A DNA stretch of 64,000 bases from Ruditapes philippinarum (Eukaryota). Made by a program: the position numbers and the translations under genes. The stretch is taken from the NCBI RefSeq assembly GCF_026571515.1, contig NW_026853862.1:1-64000 (forward strand), read 5' to 3'. The notes under the pieces are model-generated. The model saw only the letters and a list, made by a program, of their open reading frames with translations. It did not search any database and was not told the origin of the DNA. This document shows, piece after piece, positions 1 through 13,903 of this stretch (within the stretch, counting starts at the first letter, position 1; every line of letters starts with the position of its first letter).

Positions 1-931
1 AACCGTTGGTCAATTTCTCGTTTCCGGATGATAACTAGAGTTCCTTTTGACCTACAGCCCTCAAACTTCATAGGATGATTGGTCTGATAGAGCTGATGAT
101 CCCTATTATTTTTGGGGTCAGTAGGTCAAAGGTCAAGGTCACACTGACCGTTGGTCAATTTCTCGTTTCCGGATGATAACTAGAGTTCCTTTAGACCTAC
201 AGACCTCAAACTTCATAGGATGATTGGTCTTATTGAGTAGATGATCCCTATTGTTTTTGGGGTCAGTAGTTCAAAGGTCAAGGTCACACTGACCGTTGGT
301 CAATTTCTCGTTTCCGGATGATAACTAGAGTTCCTTTAGACCTACAGACCTCAAACTTCATAGGATGATTGGTCTTATAGAGCAGATGATCCCTATTGTT
401 TTTGGGGTCAGTAGGTCAAAGGTCAAGGTCCACAGTGACCGTTGGTCAATTTCTCATTTCCGGATGATAACTAGAGTTCCTTTTGACCTACAACCCTCAA
501 ACTTCATAGGATGATTGGTCTTATTAATCAAATGATCCCTATTGTTTTAATGGTCAGTAGGTCAAAGGTCAAGGTCACAGCGACCGTTGGTTAATTTCTC
601 CTTTCCGGATGATATCTAGAGTTCCTTTAGACCTACAACCCTCAAACTTCATAGGATGATTGGTCTTATTGAGCAGATGATCCCTCTTGTTTATGGGGTC
701 AGTAGGTCAAAGGTTAAGGTCACAGTGACCATTGGTCATTTTCTCATTTCCGGATGATAACTAGAGTTCTTATCAGTGAGGACATTTAACTATTATTGAT
801 ATATCAGTGATATATCAGTTGTCTGGTTTTATATACTCTGTTCTTTTATCTCCATTTCCATTCCTGTTTCCATTCACAGTTATTCTCAGCAGTGGGGGAG
901 ACATGCGCTTTTTTACAAAAGCATCCTCTAG
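1..931 (+). mobile_element. Helentron-associated (HINE/pearl-type) non-autonomous element with internal 145-bp tandem repeat; 3' part only
   Basis: About 5.3 copies of a 145-bp unit (starts at 1, 146, 291, 437, 582, 727; motif GGTCAAAGGTCAAGGTCAC). It ends with GGGGGAGACAT, a hairpin GCTTTTTTACAAAAGC and CTAG at 931. The paralogous NEMF intron at 34280-34300 lacks the element, showing insertion into a T run. Confidence 0.8.
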
Positions 932-1308
932 TTTATTCTTTATCCTGCTGAAAGACTTTGCCACCATCATCATTTCAGTCTGACAGGCTCTACAATTTTG
1001 ACTGGCTGACTTTAAATTTTCTTACTCAGTGTTGATAATGGACAATCCATGAAATGGAAGCTAAATCCATTTAGGATGTCGAATAGGTTTAGGGTTAAAC
1101 TAAGTTGTTAGCATTGTTGTATATGTCATGTTTCATTAAGAATAATTCAGTACCAGCTGTACAGTAAACATATGCACTTTTTGGTATGATGTAACTTTGG
1201 ATGAAATCTACACCTACAAAACTAGTCTATATTTCATCATAGTCAGAAGTCATACTAGAAAATACAAATTAACCACAAAAAATATTTATATATATATTGT
1301 TACTTCAG

Positions 1309-4300
1309 GCCAAGATGAAGAAATTGAAGGACAAATATAAAGATCAGGATGAGGAAGAGAGACAACTCCGTATGGAAATTCTTGCTGTGAGTTTCATTGT
1401 TTGTTTGCTATGCTAACAGGGCAACTGAGTATTAATTGTAAATAGTTAATTTAGAATTTTGAAAGGTAATTAAAGCTACAGATTTTTCCTTGAATTTCAC
1501 AAATTTTCTGTGATGTTCAGGTTTACATTAAAAAGTGATGAGAAAACAAAATTACTACAATGTTTTACAAGTACAAATGTACATTTGTATACCAAAGCAA
1601 TCTTTCTATGGCAAATATGAAGAAAACTATTCAGCTGAAATTTTTGGATTTAATTATATGAGAGCACACTGTACATAAATCAAACTTATGATTCATGATT
1701 GATCAAGGCCAGCTCACCAGAATATGTAGTTTAACTGTTTGATTAGTAAATCTGTTTACCTTGATATCCGAGGAATATGGAAAATGAAACTACACTTTTT
1801 ATTTTGAGATGATTGATACTTTTCTTTATCTACAGTCTGCTGGCAGTAAAAAGGAAGATAAAAAGAAGAAAGGAAAGAAGGATGAAAAAGGACGTCCACA
1901 ATCTGCAGTGGAGAAAAAACCCCAACAACAACAGAGAAAGAAGCCAGAACTTGTTGATATCATTATTAAAGATGTTGAAAACACAGCAATTACAGGTATG
2001 TTGTCCCAACTTTTTTCAGATTTAGATTTTTTGTGAAAAATAATGAGCATGTGTAAAGGTTTCTATATTGAATTTTGATATGCATTCCTTTAGTAAATTG
2101 TAAATTCTGCTCTGGTGGCACATAAATCAGATTATCATAGAGCTGTAATCTTTATGTTACCCTGTATTTAACAGTAAATTCTCTGACAATGTTTTTCTTA
2201 TTAGAAAATGTCTTATTTTTTTTATTGGCATATGGGGAGGCTCAGCTTTCATGGCCAAGTGGTTATGGTTAGTTGTTCACTAATACTTGTAATATTGAGT
2301 GGAGTTTTCCTACACCAGTAAAGCTTGAAAGACATATGACATTTATAGTGCTTTTGTCACTAAGGTTGTTGACTTGAAAACCATTTGCCCCTCACGCCTG
2401 TGGGTTAGATTCTCGTCAGGAACTTCAGATTGTTTTCATGTTGAAAAGCTATCCAGCTAGCTTATGGTAAGTTGTTGGTTCTACTCAGGTGCCCCTTATG
2501 CCTGAAAAATGCACAGAGGGGTACCAGTAAAGCTGGAAAGTCGTCATAAAAAAGAGAAGAAAAAACAAAATTGATCATGACAATTAAAAGTGATACTTGA
2601 ATATGATTTCAGAGGATCCTACAAACAATAAAGAGATTGTAGAAGCTCAGGTCAATGACGATGATGAGAAGTTAGAAGATGACACACAAACTACTGATGT
2701 AAGTCTTCATAATATAACAGTGACAATAAAAAGCAATAGAAGACTGTATAACTAGTATTATGTCATGTGAAAACATAAAGTCTATGTCAAATAAATGAAA
2801 TAGGAGATTTGAATTTTAAGAGAATTAAAATCAGTATAAGTTTTGACATTATTGTTAACTTTTTTTGCCCATTGGATAGTTCTCTTGAAAATTACATGAT
2901 TGAATTATGCAGTCATTTTCTGTTTCTTTGTTCCAGGAAAAATGATTAAATGTTTTCTGACATGATTTTCTTTCTTTTAATACACACATTGCAGAAAATT
3001 TGCCCATGACACTCATGATTGAACATTTTTTACCCTTTAAATAGTCCACTAGGAAATTGTGTGATTGCATTGTGTTGTCATTTTCCTTTTCTCTGTTCCA
3101 GAAAAAATAATTTAATACAAGATCATTTTACCATGGCTTTATACTATTTCAACTTATCTATTTTTTCAGGACCAGCAGATTTTGAATTCTTTGACTGGCA
3201 TACCAAATATTGAGGATGAGTTGCTGTTTGCTCTGCCAGTCTGTGCTCCATACAATGCACTGACAAATTATAAGTAAGTGACAAATTGTTAGCAAGTTTT
3301 ACAAATTGAATGCAAGTCTAGTAATTTGTAAGTTAAGTATGACAATTAGAAGTGTCTGACAAATAATATTTAAGTTTCGCAAATTTCATTTAAGACTGAT
3401 ATATGTTAAATGTTAAGTAATTCTGAGTCTAAAAAGTTATAATTATGTTTCATTAATTATAGATAAATCTGACATATTGTAAGGAAGAAGTTTTACACAT
3501 AATAAATTATAATGTCACTTATTTGGTGTAATGATAATGAATTTAAGCCAAACCATATTTTAAGTCCTACACTATTTCTATAAAGACTTGAAAAATGACC
3601 CCCTTCTGATGATTTTGTTCAGCTTTTATGTTTAAAGCGTATATCAATTTGTATGAATTTGAAAATTAAAACAATAACCTCTCAAAATGTTTGGTCATGC
3701 AGCTCTAATGACATGACTAAAAGTGAAATTTTGGTAATATTTTTATTGTCTTACGTATAATTTTCACCATTCATATTAAATCTTTCAGGTACAAGGTTAA
3801 GCTGCTGCCAGGGTCAACAAAAAGAGGAAAAGGTACAAAATTAATTAGACTATTATTTGATCATTTTAGACATAGAAAGTCTTACAAACACTTGATTGAC
3901 AAAGCCATTGATTGACTAGTTAAATTTAGCCTGTGTGTTTTCTAAAGATACTATAAATGGTACCTAGTGTACTTAACTTTTCAACCAACTTAATCTTAGC
4001 CTATAGGTTACTCACTTGGGGAGAGCCAGCATTAATGTTAAAAACAGCATTTGGCCCAAGCCTTTCATATGTTGTGTTAAAAGTATAAGCGTGTTTGAAG
4101 TCAGTAAATTTATGCAACAAAATATAATGAAAACAATAATTAGGCCAGTTTAAAACTGTTGATAATATTTAGTCAGTTAGTTAATAAAATTTAATGACTA
4201 GTACTCATGCAAGATTGATAAACCAACTGTCTTGCTGGTTTATTAAACCGTAACCTGCTAAATTTCTCAAATGCAATCGACCGGCTTCCATTTTTCATCA

Positions 4301-4864
4301 TGCAAAATAATTGATCAAACATTCAATCTGTTTGTGTAAAAATGAAATGTTTGTTTTCTTTTTAGCTGCAAAAATTGCCATTAACATGTTCCAGTATGAT
4401 AAAACTATAACACCAAGAGAAAGAGACCTTGTAAAAATATCAAAGGTGAGCTTTATGTTATAATATTGGCATGAATAGCTCAATAAGGAGAGCATTGTGT
4501 TTGTAAACCAGGGGATGCTGGCTAGATCATTGGGCAAGGCGTAATTTCTCCATGTCAATTGATATGACAATAATATGTGTTAAATCGGCTTAAAAAACCA
4601 ACAGAAAAATTGGTTATAAAGGTTACTGGTGGTATAGCCTGAATGAATTTGAGCTAAGATGCTTGCTGAGAGTTATAAAGATCTTAAAAAGGGCAATAAG
4701 AGAAGTTTATAATAATGCAAACCTTTTCCAAAATTGCAAAAAATTAAACATTAGTAATAAGATATCTTATACCTTATATTTTTCAGGATGTGAACATATC
4801 ACGGAACATTCCAGGAAAAGTGAAGGTCACAGCCCCAAACATTAGCAAGGTGAAGAGGAAGTGA
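1309..4864 (+). CDS. NEMF: NEMF/Rqc2 (ribosome quality control complex subunit), last 7 coding exons; the 5' part lies upstream of the window
   Basis: GT-AG exons with consistent phases: 1309-1386, 1836-1995, 2613-2698, 3170-3273, 3789-3832, 4366-4445, 4787-4864. They translate to AKMKKLKDKYKDQDEEERQLRMEILA|SAGSKKEDKKKKGKK...[48 protein letters not shown]...DVNISRNIPGKVKVTAPNISKVKRK*, matching the NEMF C-terminus (NFACT-C). No lesions seen. Confidence 0.95.
2254..2547 (+). mobile_element. Degenerate tRNA-derived SINE in NEMF intron
   Basis: A-box-like GGCCAAGTGGTTA and the core GCTATCCAGCTAGCTTA...GGTTCTACTCAGGTGCCC...CCAGTAAAGCTGGAAAGTCG. The same core recurs at ~32895, ~35680, 39443 and ~55240. 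Confidence 0.65.
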
Positions 4865-6762
4865 ATTCAAAATCAGACAATAAAATCTAATTGTGCAATT
4901 GAATATTATAATGATAAATAATTATTATAAGACTATGATAAAAGAAAGATTATTTCTTTTCAAATAATTGTTGAATAAATACTTAATTTCTTTTATCATT
5001 TAGACATGGTATTTAGTACTTTTTCTGAAAAGGTGAGTTCTTGCTTTGTTTGCTCAAGGATTTTATTTAATTATGTAACAAAAAATGCTATAGCTCAAGG
5101 ATAAAATTTGTGTATGAATATATTTATCTTAGAGTCCTTCCCCTCTATTGTTAAGTTTTATCATTTCTTGATGCAGCAATGTGAAATAAAAAAAAGATAA
5201 TGGCTGTTATAAAGACAATTGTTGTTTGGTGATGTACATAATAATAAATTCTCAAAAACCATTTTACACTATGTTGATTTATGTAATGCAATATTGCAGG
5301 CAAATGATAGAAGTCAATTATTATACACTTTTAAACCTAAAATAGAATTGTGGCATGTATTGGGTGGCAGAGGGAAAAGAAACAGGGGTTTCCTTTATAA
5401 ATGAACAATACACAATGAAACATTATCAAAAAGATGTTATTTGCAGGACATGCCCCTGGAAAGGAAAATTTATTTTAATTTACCTTTTTGTAATATACAA
5501 ACCTGACCTAGACCAATGCATGTAGAAGTACGCACCTACATTCCCTTTTCAACTGCAATGAGGCATTGTACACTTTGACCTTTATAGTGTTTATAGGGTG
5601 GAAACGAAAACCAAAGCAACTAAAAGTTGATTTATACCAATGTACTAAGGTATATTTTGCATCAATTAAATTACATCTCATCACTTGAATGCTTAGCATA
5701 CAGTCGTAGGAACATAAATGTACAAATATATATACTGTATATATAAATTACTATTTTTGGCGGTAAATTTTTAATGAATTGATAGGTGTTTGTGTTATAG
5801 ATAAACGTTTATAAAAATGGCGGGTAGCCGGTCATGAAGGGAAGTCATGAAGTACCTATGAGAGAGACTTGATAAGAGTCAGCTGTAATTGCTGAAACAT
5901 TACTTTTGTATTCATTTTGTATTCATTTTGTACACAATCATTTTGTTAACGGCCATTTTGAAAACGACCATGTACTATGGTCCTGTTGGGGTACAAGCAC
6001 TCAAAACCTTTTTTAAATCGGGTTCTGATAAAAAACGCTCATTATGAGATCAGATTGTTGACAAGCAAAAATTCACCATATTACTGTGCCACTATGATAA
6101 TTTGAGTTCTGAAATACCACGGGGGAGAATCGTGCCGTTTGTTACCCAAACAAACAAGATGGCGGATGCAGTCGAAAAGTAAGTTTTTCCCTTTTTTCTC
6201 TGAAATTCGTAATGTTCTAGTGTAAATGTACATATAACAACCTTCTCCACAATTTTTCGAGCACACAGGATTTATTTCATGATGTTTTGTCCCGTACTTC
6301 TTCTGAAATGCACGTCACCAGAATCGAAGCGAGAGAATTTTCCACCGGTTTGATCGTGGTAACGTACGGCTTCTCTAAAATTCACTGTTTCGTTTACAAA
6401 ATGTATGGCTTTAAAAAGTTGCACAAATATGAATGATTACGTACGGCGCATTTTTCTGCTTATTAGAATTTCTATATATTAGTTTGTATCGGATAGAAAA
6501 GTTACGTTTCTTGCTTGGGTCTTTCCTGACATAAAAGGATGTGTAGAACCAAACAAAGGAACTGAATATTAATTAGTGTTTGTATAATAATATTTGTCTG
6601 GATAGAAATATCTAAATCCGATATGTAAACACAAAGAATTTTTAAGAAATACAGCGTTTTCATTGGATGACAAATAAAGCTGGACACTAAATAAAATTAG
6701 TGTCCAAATGTATTTGTCATGAATGGAAACCTGTCTTTTTTTCAAAATTATTTGTGTTAATT

Positions 6763-7115
6763 CAAGTGGGTCATACTATGCGCGCGCATCCTCAAAATTC
6801 TGATACCGCGAACACTTTTTCAGCAAAAAAAAAAACAACAAAAACAAAAAACGAGTCATGCAAAGCAATCAGAATAGATTTGAATTAAATTCTACTATAA
6901 ACTAACTTCCAGTTGTGTTTAATCAGCAATTTCTCAATTTCTGTAACATTTCAACGCCGGGTGTATGCAGTATCCAGAATCAAAATCGCACTCAACTCGA
7001 AATACTGACGAGAAAGGGAAGACTTGTGTCAAGGCATTTGGATTATTAAAACTAGAAGTAAGGCTATCTTTTTTCCAAAAAAAATTAAATTGCGCGCGCA
7101 TGGTATGACCCCTTG
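6763..7115. mobile_element. Nested MITE
   Basis: Terminal inverted repeats GGGTCATACTATGCGCGCGCA (6768-6788) and TGCGCGCGCATGGTATGACCC (7091-7111). Confidence 0.6.
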
Positions 7116-7456
7116 TAATTTTCATAGAAGAACAAAAGTCAATACTTCATAGTCTCCTTCTATTTGTCATATACAGTGCTTCATAGAACCGCGTTTGTAA
7201 AAATAGTCATTTGCATTAATTTGCACATGCACTTTCGTGGGCCGCTTTTAAATATTAATTAAGTAAAAATTACGCCTGAAGGCCAACCTATATTAGTTTT
7301 GTATATATACATGCAGTTCAGATTTAAATCCACGTCTTCGCGAAAAAGATACTGCACGTGTTAAAGTAAAAACCAAGACAAAATGTCAAGTAATATATAT
7401 TTATTACAAATGTAGGAAAAAGTCTAAGTTTCTAATTTCTGTAGAATAGCACGGAT

Positions 7457-8910
7457 ATAGAGGATATTGAATGAGTGTAAGTTCAATACTGAATTTATTG
7501 CACGAGTTGGATAAAATTATTTTATGAGAGCCTTTGGCAAGCATAATATTATTTTATTCAACGAGTTCAATAAATTCAGTAATGAATTTACACGAATTTA
7601 ATATTCTATTTATCACATACCCAAAATCACGACCGTTTAAAGTGAAAAAGAGTCACTGTTCATTGACGCGCCTATAGTATAACGCTAACAATTACGGTAT
7701 GTTTGTGTAACGCTAATGACGTCACGTCAAAATATATGCACGGTCGTACATACCATTTTTACGGATTTTTTTTCGCAAAATCGACACAGGCGTGTGATCA
7801 TTCGGAACTGCCTCGGCTATTATCTATAATAACCTCGGAAACAATACGGATTGAAAGTAGTTCTACCACGTGGTTTCAGATGTAAACAGAAACAGAGATA
7901 ATGTAAAACGAATGTATATATTTGACATCTAATGTATGTCCCGGTACTCTTATGCTTGAAAATATGTCTGACAACAATTTACAATTTAAGTATGCCCACT
8001 GATGTTCAATTTTAAACAAATCCAGGTTGTTTTTTTGTACTTTCGGTTTCTACAACCATTTAATAATAAATATATAAATAATGTATTATTTGCTATTGTA
8101 CCTATGAATTCACTTATTTTAGGTGGACTTTTACTACATATATTGGAAATAAACTTGTCAACAACTCCAAGCATTAAATTACTATTTGTTAACATGTTTA
8201 GTTTCTTAGCGTAGGTTAGACCGAAATACCGCATCCGTTCTGTGTATTCATACTATTGTGTTCGAGGTCCTTATCCGAAGACTGACGGAAAGGGCCGAGT
8301 AGTTGCGATTGGCGTGTGATAAGAACACTAACATGTGCTTCGTAAATACTATTTTCATTGTAGCGTAGAATTTTTTATAACCGTTCTTTCATAAAGATAA
8401 TGACGTCATAAGGGCGCATGAGTTGTCTGGCATTAAAGGTAACAGACGCGTTTTCCGGCATGAAAAAAAAATACATCGGAATCCAAATCCGATTAGAAAC
8501 TTATATTTCATTGTCGGTAAAATGTTTACCACTTGAAATTAATAAGCAAATTTTAAAGTCACTCTTTTATTGCTGATAACTACAATACTTTTTATAAAAA
8601 AATTGATTGTTCGGGAATTTGTGGGGAAAAAAACGCCAGAATATGAAAGGCAAATTCATGTAACAGTTTTGATCAAATTATCATGTTCCTTTCATTCATA
8701 ATTAAAACACTGTATGGTTAGGTCGTGCAAATATCTGACGTCATAGTGATGCAACGACACGCTAAGTGGTAGAGTTTAAATATTGACCGCCAGTCAAATG
8801 AATAGGAAATTTCTTATTTGCTAAATTTATTAAACTTTTTGTCATGATATTATTTTTTAACGCATGCAATAAATTCAATATAGAACCTACACTCATTCAT
8901 TATTCTCTGT
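7457..8910. mobile_element. Nested non-autonomous TIR element
   Basis: AGAGGATATTGAATGAGTGTAAGTTCAATACTGAATTTATTGCA at ~7458 has an imperfect inverted copy TGCAATAAATTCAATATAGAACCTACACTCATTCATTATTCTCT at ~8865-8908. Confidence 0.55.
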
Positions 8911-9558
8911 TATGTACATGTTTTTTTCTTTCAATGAGCGACCAGATTGAATAAACACAGACTCATTTCATCTGGATGTAAGCTAGTCGCAATCACTTTT
9001 AGACAACAATACACACTATTTCCTGGAAGTGGAGGCTGCAATTTATACAAAAAATCTCATGTGAGTTTAATTGGAAGATTAATAACAACGAATATCTATT
9101 ATGCCACCAGCTAGAAAGATATTCATACCCGATGGGGCAGCATTGTCCAATTATTTATTGCTGAACTGACAAACATTTTTTTCCAGATATATATCATATC
9201 CTACATACAAATAATTCATTATCAGCTGACAATCCACCAAGTAGAAAAATGCGCCGTACGTTATCATTGATATTTTGCGCGCTATACGTTATCATTTCCG
9301 GAAAATGCCCCGATATTAATATTTAAAGCAGTAAATTTAGCCAGAATAGGTATGGATGCTAAGACGACAACCTACTACAACTTTTTAAAGTCAGCGGTTT
9401 CAGTTAATATACATATTTGAAAAAGAAACTAAATTTGTGAGAAGAAGCCGTACGTTATATCACGATCAAACCGGTGGAAAATTCTCTCGCTTCGATTCTT
9501 GTGACGCGCATTTCAAAAGAAGTACGGGACGAAACATCATGAAATAAAATCTTATGTG

Positions 9559-9702
9559 NNNNNNNNNNNNNNNNNNNNNNNNNNNNNNNNNNNNNNNNNN
9601 NNNNNNNNNNNNNNNNNNNNNNNNNNNNNNNNNNNNNNNNNNNNNNNNNNNNNNNNNNNNNNNNNNNNNNNNNNNNNNNNNNNNNNNNNNNNNNNNNNNN
9701 NN
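9559..9702. other. Assembly gap (144 N)
   Basis: Run of N inside the right-hand inverted repeat. The matching stretch in the left copy is only ~55 bp. Confidence 0.99.
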
Positions 9703-11760
9703 CGAATTTCAGAGAAAAAAGGGAAAAACTTACTTTTCGACTGCATCCGCCATCTTGTTTGTTTGGTAACGAACGGCATGATACTCCCCGTGTTGGTGTT
9801 ATCAAAAAAGTTTGAGAGCTGTCTGATCAACATGTCAAAATGAACAAAATGTGGGGATAAACCCATTGCGTAAGAGCGTTATACGTAGGTTATATTTTAA
9901 TTAACAGGAAGGTGCACTAGAACGGGGTGTTATAAATAAATGTATCAAAAATGTTAAGTTGCAAACAATACTGATAAAAGATGGGGAAACAGAATAAAGT
10001 GATTCCTTTTCTGATTTATATTGCAATTTTTATTATCTAAAGTTTGATAATAATCATTTGCACAGGTGCAAACCCGGTTTATAGCATTGTGAATGTCGGG
10101 CGGATGGGCTGTTGGTAGGGCAGGCGCCGGATTGGCGGGGAAAATTTTTGTAACAGTTTTCGTATTAACTACTTATCACAGCCAAGTGATATTTTACTGT
10201 GTGCTCACATACGGTGGGATTCAACTTCAGGTCTTTGGCTTATCCACTTCCAGTTTACCAACTTAGATAACTTTTCGCTAGGAATGGCCAACGGTAGGAA
10301 ATTTCAGTAACATTTTTCTCAGCAGCTACTTATCACAGCCTCTTGATATTTAGTGTACAGCATTAAAACGTGTTCTCATACCTCGGGACTCGACTTCAGG
10401 TCTTTGGCTCATCCTCTTCCTACTTACCAACTTCAAATTTTCGACATTATTGTTCAATGGAAGAAAATTTTCGTAGCATCACAGCTTCATGATGTTTGGA
10501 ATTCAAATACAACCCGGCCATTTCTGTCTTTTACTAATTTTTCTATGATTTTTTATTATATTTGTGTAAAAAAAAACTACATGATTGTGATGAAAATCAG
10601 AGAAATCATTCTTGTGAATATTAAGATATAATGCTAACCTTCGGCGTCTTATTATTATTAAGGGTCATAATATATATAGTGGGGATATCTGTGTTCTTAA
10701 GACACATTTCATTTCTAGTTGGAATTTAATTCAAGGTCACTTTCCAAGACCCATAACTATGGCATGGATTTTGAACAAAATCAGGCCCTTCCTGAATTGA
10801 ACAAACGTCTTTGGTCAATATCCAAGACACATAACTATATATCATGTACATATACATTATTTGTATTTTTGGAATGAAATCTTCCTGTTTGCTGATTCTA
10901 ACATTATCCAGGCTATTTTACTATCAAACACTAAAAATGATTACACTAATTGTCACACTGGCAGCTCTTCTGTAAACATGTAAACTCTGATTGCATATTT
11001 CTGCCTGTAAATGGTAACAGTTGAAGAAATTGAATCTTTTTCTTGTATACTATTGTCTTAAATTCAGGTCATAAACAATTTACAGTGTTTTGGCAAGCAA
11101 AGCAAACATTTTTTTCTTAAATAACTATGACTGCATTAAAAGCTGAACATTTTCTAACACATCAAATATTTTATTCGTTATTCAAGTATTTATGATCAGG
11201 TTGTACAGTAAAATATATACATAGTAAATTTGCACCCAACATAGTTAATTACATCTTATGAAAATGGCACAGTATAACCAGTAATGTGTCAGTATCACGG
11301 TTAAACCCAAACAGACAACTAACCTAACATTAACATTATATTCTGTTGAATATGACATTTCAAGGTTTCTCTTGCTGGGTCGTGTGAAGGTTGCGTTCAT
11401 TGAACGGCACCTTTCCTTGTTGATTTTGTTTATCATATCGTATGTTGCCATGTGGGCAAGTAGTTATACCATGTTTAATTAGTAATCCAAGGATTGCTGA
11501 CCTCATGATTTTAAACTCCGCCAGTTGTAAGCCTTTAATTCCTTAAGCAAGAAACTTATGGCTTATTACTTGTTGGTGTTAGGAACAGATTCAAGAATTC
11601 CGAGTGTGAATATAAGCTTATAGCTTCCTTCACAATGAAACTAAAATAAATTTTGTATAAACTAAGATTTATGTCAAGTGTTAAAGATTCTTATTCTACT
11701 GCAACCTTTGCTGTAGTATGACCGATTGTTGATGAGCTTCAGTGTAAGCGTTGTTATGGT

Positions 11761-11932
11761 TTATTCTACTAGTGACACATTAAAACTTATTTTGTTTGGC
11801 ATTCCCACAAACAATCTCTTGGTATTTGGGCAGTATGCAACACTTTTGGTTGATTTAATCCATGACTTTTATCTTTCAAGATCTTCACTTAAGTGAGGTC
11901 ACACGATAATTGATGGATATTATCGGATGTAA
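11761..11932 (-). pseudogene. 3'-terminal fragment of a TRIM-like/NHL paralog
   Basis: The minus strand reads SDNIHQLSCDLT*VKILKDKSHGLNQPK/VAYCPNTKRLFVGMPNKI...VE*, homologous to the last blade of the 597-aa paralogs. It contains a stop and a frameshift. Confidence 0.8.
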
Positions 11933-12115
11933 ATCAGATTCAAGAATTCAGAGTGTGTTTATAAGCTTATAGCTTCCTTCACTTTTAAACTTAGATAATT
12001 TATAAACTGTGATATATTTAAGTCAAGCGTTAAAGATTACGACCCTTATTCTACCTAAATATGAGCAGTAGTATGACTGCTTGTTGATGAGTCTCTGTGT
12101 AAGGGTTGTTATTGC

Positions 12116-13903
12116 TTATTCTACCAACACTTTGAAAACTTTTATTTTATTTGGCATTCCCACAAACAATCTCTTAGTGACTGGGCAGTATGCAACTCTC
12201 TCTGGCTTATCTAAGCCATCATTTTTATCTATCAAAATCTTCACTTTAGTGAGGTCACTTGATACTTGATGGATATTTCCAGAGTGAAAACCACAAACAT
12301 ATACTGATCCATATTCATCAACAGCAAGTTGATAAGGTGTTTTCAATTGATCATCCTTGTAGACAGCCTTCACCTTACCATCAGGTTAAACAGGTGTGTG
12401 TTTTTTGCGATCAGAAACATATATCATAGTATTGTCAGGACTGACAGTTAAGTAGCAAGGTTCAATAAACAGATTTTGACCATTATCATCTTTGCCAAAT
12501 GTTTTCACTATTTCACCTGACATACTTAGAATCTTAACAATAGCTGGATTCCAATATGAAACTACAAGATAGGGATTCCTATAGGCAATACCAGTACAAA
12601 GACCATTTACTGGTATTTCAGTGATATCTAAAACTTTCATATCTTCTGAAAATGTTATAAATCTGATCATGCTTTCATTTGGAAATGTTACAGCAACTTT
12701 ATAATCTGAAACTTTTGTAATATCAAATGGATTTGAACAAAATTTTACGTCATCCATACGATTTGCCTGTGAATTTTCTAGTTTGTATATGACTAGGCTA
12801 CACTTTTTATAATCTGATATAAGAAGTGTATGTTCAGATAGGACAAATAAAGAGGATATGAGGTCAATGTGACAGTTGATATCAAAATTAAATACAACCT
12901 TCCTTACTACAGCTGATGCATCTACATTTTCAAATGTGAAAAACCTTGTTTCACTTTCAAGAGATAGTTCTGTTGGTTGAATGTCTGAGGTTTTGAGTTT
13001 GTAGTGCTGTATGTAGGCTTGTTGTATTTGTTCAATATTTTGGTGAAGTTGTTCACACAGTGGTTTTGTAGATTTCAATTTTATAAAAAGTTTACAGTTT
13101 TCACCTAATTTCTGGGCTTGTTCTAGATCAACAGTAAGAACCTTCAAGTTTTCAACCAAATTCAAATGTTCTGACTTGAGTACCTTAAATTCTGTGTTAG
13201 TGCTCAGAACCTTTTCTTTCATATCTGTTTCAGCTTTTGTTATCTTGTTTTTAACCATTCTCTCCTTTTCAGACAACACTTGAACTAGATCTAACTTTTC
13301 TTGCTTCAACTTTGCAATGGCCTCTTCCATCATTTTATCAAAGTCATCAATAAGATCTTGATGTTGTTGTTTTTAGGCTTCTATCAGTTTATCTTTGTGC
13401 TCCTTACATGCTTCTATTGCCTGTTCTTCTTGTTTGTGAACCACTTTACTATTGTCATTTAACAGCTTTTCTGTGTCTTTTATGTAAACAGTCATTTTAT
13501 CCAATTTCTGTTGAAGGTCTTTTAGTTCATCACTATTTTGTATGCCTGAAGCAACGGTTGGTAAATGGTTCACGTCACTACATTTAACATGCTCATTATC
13601 CTTGCATTTTTTGCAGGCTTCTTTGCTACACTCAGAGCAGTAAAACTTGATCAGCTGTTGAGGATGATTGTAACACTTTTCTAAATAAAAATCTTGTGGC
13701 ATACTGTCACTATCTTGAATTTTGTGAGTTTTTGATTGTCTCTTATGATATTTTTGACAGGTCACACATTTATATTCCACACAATCCACACAGAAAGCTA
13801 CAGCGGGTGTATAGCCATCACCATGTTTTTCACATTCTTCACAGTACATTTCCTTAACTTCATCTGAGTCAAATGTTGTTGATGCACCGTCATCAGTAGC
13901 CAT
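12116..13903 (-). pseudogene. RING-less TRIM-like gene (B-box x2, coiled coil, NHL-like beta-propeller), copy A, disrupted
   Basis: Three collinear ORFs (13373-13903, 12386-13333, 12116-12373) homologous to the intact 597-aa copies. There is an in-frame TAA at 13373-13375 and small deletions near 12385-12395. Confidence 0.88.

Larger units (their letters stand above)
6118..9792. mobile_element. Non-autonomous DNA transposon-like element bounded by long (~350 bp) inverted repeats with CAC...GTG ends
   Basis: 6118-6460 is the reverse complement of ~9240-9792 (e.g. CAAACAAACAAGATGGCGGATGCAGTCGAAAAGTAAG and GAATCGAAGCGAGAGAATTTTCCACCGGTTTGATCGTG). No transposase ORF and no clear TSD. Confidence 0.65.

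Noticed and set aside
9455-9866. ORFs spanning the N run
   Set aside because: Artefacts of the assembly gap.
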